Positions 59,804 through 64,000 of a DNA stretch of 64,000 nt are shown piece after piece. The stretch's first letter is position 1; every line of letters starts with the position of its first letter. Under the pieces are notes generated by a model. The model saw only the letters and a program-made list of their open reading frames with translations. It ran no database searches and was not told the origin of the DNA. The position numbers and the translations under genes were made by a program. This stretch comes from Candidatus Villigracilis saccharophilus (GTDB lineage Bacteria > Chloroflexota > Anaerolineae > Anaerolineales > Villigracilaceae). The DNA lies in the NCBI GenBank assembly GCA_016709305.1, contig JADJNA010000053.1:3840-67839 (forward strand), given 5' to 3'.

Positions 59804-60373
59804 ATGAGCACCCTCGATCAGGCTGTCCAAACACAACTGGCAAACATTCAAAAGAAAACAGGAATGTCCCTTACCGAATTATCCAGCTTCGTCCAAAAAA
59901 GCGGATTGAGCAAACATGGCGAGATCCGTGAGATGCTGATGACAAAACTTGGGTTGAGTCACGGCGACGCGAATTCCCTGGTGCATGCCGTCTTTAAATC
60001 AGACGGCACGCGCGCCGCGGAAGGCAAAAGTGCAGATTCTATATTGGATGAAATCTATTCAGGCGCGAAGTCGGGCTTCCGTCCCATCCATGAAGCGCTG
60101 ATGAAGCACATCGTCAAATTTGGCGAGTTCGAGATCGTACCGAAGAAGGGCTATGTCAGCCTGCGGCGCAGGAAGCAATTCGCGATGATCGGCCCCAAGA
60201 CCAACACGCGCTTTGAGGTCGGCATCAACGCAAAGGATTTGAAGAAAAACGCCCGCCTGCTGGAACAGCCCAAGGGAAGCATGTGCAACTATATCGTGAG
60301 TCTGACCGATGCACAGGATGTGGACGCAGAGCTGATCGCGTGGATCAAATCCGCGTTTGAGGTTGCGGGGTAG
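59804..60373 (+). CDS. DUF4287/DUF5655-like protein
   Basis: NI.KKTG, GLSHG.AN, PKKGYVSLRR.KQFA, D.ELIAWIK.A. Confidence 0.7.
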   Translation: MSTLDQAVQTQLANIQKKTGMSLTELSSFVQKSGLSKHGEIREMLMTKLGLSHGDANSLVHAVFKSDGTRAAEGKSADSILDEIYSGAKSGFRPIHEALMKHIVKFGEFEIVPKKGYVSLRRRKQFAMIGPKTNTRFEVGINAKDLKKNARLLEQPKGSMCNYIVSLTDAQDVDAELIAWIKSAFEVAG

Positions 60374-60394
60374 TTATCGCAAAGGAGTCTGATC

Positions 60395-60937
60395 ATGGGT
60401 TATCAAATTGCTTCAGCTTTTCATATTGGGGCCGCGATCTCGGCTTTGATCTTTGGGATGTGTGTCCTGCTGACCCGTAAAGGGACGCGCCTGCATAAGC
60501 AGTGGGGATACGCGTATTTCATCAATATGCTTGGACTCAACATCTCAGCGCTTTTCATTTACCAACTGACGGGTCATTTCGGACCTTTTCATGGCGCGGC
60601 GATAGCGAGTTTGTTCACGCTGATACTTGGCTTTATCCCAGCTTATCTGCACTTCCCGCGCGGACGCTGGCTGGAGTTCCATTATGAATTCATGAATTGG
60701 TCTTATTTGGGGTTGATCGCGGCGGGCATATCGGAAGCCGCAACCCGACTCCCTGCCGCGCCTTTCTGGCCTGCAGTGATGGCCAGCATGTTCGCAGTCT
60801 TTTTTATTGGAGGAATTCTGATCGTACGCGGACGGGCGAAATATAATTTTGAGGCCATGGCATCCGCGGTTGAAGCCGATACACCAAAGGATTTGGCGGC
60901 GGCTCTCAAGAAGCGCCGCGCAGCAAATTGTAGTTGA
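60395..60937 (+). CDS. DUF2306-like membrane protein
   Basis: H..A...G....KGTRLHK..G..Y, FGPFH, H...M.WSY.GL. Confidence 0.7.
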   Translation: MGYQIASAFHIGAAISALIFGMCVLLTRKGTRLHKQWGYAYFINMLGLNISALFIYQLTGHFGPFHGAAIASLFTLILGFIPAYLHFPRGRWLEFHYEFMNWSYLGLIAAGISEAATRLPAAPFWPAVMASMFAVFFIGGILIVRGRAKYNFEAMASAVEADTPKDLAAALKKRRAANCS

Positions 60938-60954
60938 CAGCTTAAATCATTTAT

Positions 60955-60997
60955 CGTCACACCTGCGCTTGCGTTCGGCGCAAGCGCAGGTGTGACG
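60955..60997. repeat. Perfect 19-bp-stem hairpin (REP-like element or terminator)
   Basis: cgtcacacctgcgcttgcg-ttcgg-cgcaagcgcaggtgtgacg between convergent genes. Confidence 0.75.
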
Positions 60998-61006
60998 GAA
61001 TTATTT

Positions 61007-62943
61007 TTACACCCTTTCCCCTCGAAACTGTGTTTCATACAACTGACTATATAATCCGCCCATCGCGATCAATTCATCGTGGGTCCCTTTTTCCACGATC
61101 CTGCCGCGATCCATTACTAAAATTAAATCGGCGGCGAGGATCGTGCTTAATCTGTGCGCGATGACTATCGATGTTCTACCTGCCATGACTCGTTTCAGCG
61201 CATCTTGAATTAATGCTTCTGATTCACTATCGAGTGAACTGGTGGCTTCGTCTAAAACCAAGATACGCGGGTTCTTCAAAATAACTCTGGCAAGAGCCAC
61301 GCGTTGTTTTTCTCCGCCGCTCAGGCGATAGCCGCGTTCGCCTACAACCGTGTCATACCCATCAGATAGTCCCATTACAAAGTCGTGGATATTGGCGGCG
61401 CGCGCGGCGGACTCGATCTCTGCTTGCGTCGCGTCCATTTTTGCGTAGGTCAGGTTCGTGCGGATGGTATCGTGGAAAAGGTGCGTTTCCTGCGTCACCA
61501 TGCCGATCGTGGCGGCCAGCGAGTCGAGCGTCACATCGCGCAGGTCATGCCCGTCAATGCGGATGACTCCGCTGGTGGGATCGTACAATCTTGGGATGAG
61601 ATAGGTCAGCGTGGTTTTGCCAGCGCCGGATGGGCCGACGAGGGCGATCAACTGCCCCGGTTGGGCGGTAAAGGAGATTCCCTCCAAAGCGACGACGCGC
61701 GCCTGGGATATTGCGGCAGGCTCGGGCGCGGTCTTCGGTCCATCGTCTGCGGACTTCTTTCCTCCCGATAACACCGCCTGACATTCGCCATGCTCCCATA
61801 GCGTTTGACTTCGCTGAGCATGATGTTTTCGTTGATCGAATATTTGAAACTGATATCTTCAAACCCGAGTTCGCCTTTTGCATCCTTGAGAACGAATGCA
61901 TCTTTTTTTTCTTCGATGTCGTGCGGCAGGTCAATGATCTCGAAGACGCGTTCGAAGGAAACCATGCTGGTGCTGAATTCAACGGGCGCGCCCGCGAGAC
62001 CTTGCAATGCGCCGTACAAGGTGCTGAGGTATGAACCGAAGGCGACGATGGTGCCGACTGTGAATTTATCCTGGATGACGAGCAGACCGCCGAAGCCGTA
62101 GACCAGCGCCGTGCCGACCGCACTGACCAGGCCGATCATCACGAAAAACGATGAACCGATGACTGCGCGTTGGATGCCGATGTCGCGCACCCCCGCCGCG
62201 CGTTGACGAAATCTTTCGCCCTCTTCGTTGCTGCGCCCAAATAATTTCACGAGCAATGCGCCTCCGATATTGAGAGTCTCGTTCATGTGCGCGTTCATCT
62301 GAGCGTTGAGGTCCATGCCTTCGCGGGCGATGGTGCGCAGGCGTTCGCCGAGTCTGCGCGCGATCAAATAGAACAATGGCAGGACAAAGACACTGCCGAG
62401 AGTCAATCTCCATTCAAGAGAGAGCATGACGATCAGGATCGCCGCGCCTTCGATCAGGTTGGTGGCGATGCCGACAATGGTGTTGCTGATGGCGTTCTGC
62501 GCGCCGACCACATCGCTGTTGAGACGGCTCATCAACTCGCCGACTTTGGTGTTGGTAAAGAAGCGCAGACTCATCCTCTGCAAGCGCACAAAGAGCGCCA
62601 CGCGCAGATCATAGATCACGCCTTCGCCGACGGTCACATTTAATTTGCGTTGTATCACGCTGATGCCGCCATTCAACAACGGCACAAGCAGCAAGGCCAG
62701 CGCGAACATGACCAGTTTATTCAGGTCTTTGTTGGGCAGGATCGTATCGATCAGTTGACGGAAGATCAACGGCGAGACCACGCTCAACGCCGAACTGGCG
62801 AGAATGGACAATAACATTCCGCCGATATGCCACCAATAAGGTTTTGCATACGTCAGCACGCGCAATAAAAGTTCTCGTGTGATCTTGGGCTTTTCGTCGC
62901 CCTGACGCATCGCCATGAACCAGCCACCATGCATAAGTCTCAT
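61007..62943 (-). CDS. ABC exporter, fused TMD-NBD (MsbA-like; frameshift near 61780)
   Basis: About 6 TMs; [30 protein letters not shown]. Confidence 0.92.
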
Positions 62944-63248
62944 CTCCTAGTTTGCTTGTCTCCGGTCAGGTAGTCTCCTACCAGTTGACCAGCAGACTAT
63001 AAGTCCAACCGACTATTCACGCAACTGGAGAAATGGGGGGGGTAATGAAACTGTCGCGAATGCATACGCTCTGAGGCGGGTTGAAAATCTTGATCGCTAC
63101 CTTGTAAAAAAACAGCAGCCTATCCCGAGGATTAACCTTCGGATGGTTTTGGAATGGTAGGGGATGACAGGTTTTTGAGGACCGGGCGGGGAAGGTATAA
63201 TATTTTTATTGATTTCAATGAGCGGCAAAGAATCGATCTGCCTTCAAA

Positions 63249-64000
63249 GTGAACATGATGCCAAATAAATTCACTCCTTATGAAACGAATCAGCGCGTTC
63301 AAACACTGAACGTTATCATTTGGGTTTTATTAATTGCCTCCTTTGCTCTTGGAGTCCTTAATATCCAATATCGAACATGGGGATCTGTAATTGCACTCTT
63401 TGGCCTCTCCGTTTTTATGTGTTCCCCTGCTTTGGATGAACAAGATAGGCTACATTGGCGTTTCCGCTTTTTTTCTGAATTTTATTGTCCTGATGGTCAT
63501 CAACATCAATATGTGGGACGGGGATGGGATCCGCGACGCCGGGCTGTTGGCCTACCCGATATTTATCATGATCGGCATTTTATTCTTCGGCAAGCGCACC
63601 GCGCCGTTATTCACACTCGCTTCCATCGCATCGCTTATTGTGCTGGTGTATTTTGAGATACAGGGAAATATCAAGCCGACGATCGGCGCGACCAAGTTTG
63701 ACATCCTGATCCCCATTATCATTCTATTAATCGCAGCCGCTGCAATTACTTATATCGTTGCGGGAAATATTGACAAGCACCTGGAACGGGTAAAAAACTC
63801 TGAAAGCGAATTACGCAAGAACTACGACTTGTCCCTGGACGCGTGGGCTAAGGTTTTGGAATTCCGCGATAATGAAACAGAAGGCCACAGCCGCCGCTTG
63901 GTGGAACTCAGTACTCAACTGGCGCGGGCGTTGAATCTCAGTGAAGAAGAGATCACTTATATCAGGCGCGGCGCGTTACTGCACGATATCGGGAAGCTGG
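63249..64000 (+). CDS. Membrane HD-GYP-type phosphodiesterase (frameshifted, runs off window)
   Basis: N-terminal TMs; LE.RD.ETEGHSRR..LARAL..RRGALLHDIGK at the window end. Confidence 0.8.

Noticed and set aside
62944-63248. c-di-GMP riboswitch upstream of the HD-GYP gene
   Set aside because: Only a GGCAAA fragment is present; the second stem and tetraloop/receptor arrangement could not be found.

Overview
A 64-kb bacterial chromosomal window, inferred to come from an Anaerolineales (Chloroflexota) genome. The inference rests on Pro/Thr-rich NBR1-Ig-like lipoproteins, 'KGQGLVEYALIL' Flp pilins and overall gene content. The assembly carries many indel and base errors, densest at about 36.6-47.3 kb, plus a G/C-homopolymer stretch at about 17 kb, so many split ORFs are probably single intact genes. 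Housekeeping content includes pheT, kamA, two tRNA-Ser, ugd, panB/panE, gmk, a dpp-type ABC importer, mgsA and ppgK, plus one IS3/IS150-type element. Highlights: (1) a ~14-kb respiratory island at 22.0-35.8 kb encoding about 50 c-type heme motifs. It resembles the Geobacter ImcH, CbcL (twice), CbcSTU and OmcB modules but has no porin, and a shared TGACA-N2-TGTCA palindrome lies in its promoters. It is a candidate extracellular electron transfer system in a monoderm. (2) A circularly permuted DppA-family peptide-binding lipoprotein. (3) A pan-motif-like double hairpin over the RBS of an apparent PanB-PanE fusion. (4) A three-way-junction RNA between two tRNA-Ser genes. All family assignments come from motif recognition by eye; no database searches were run.
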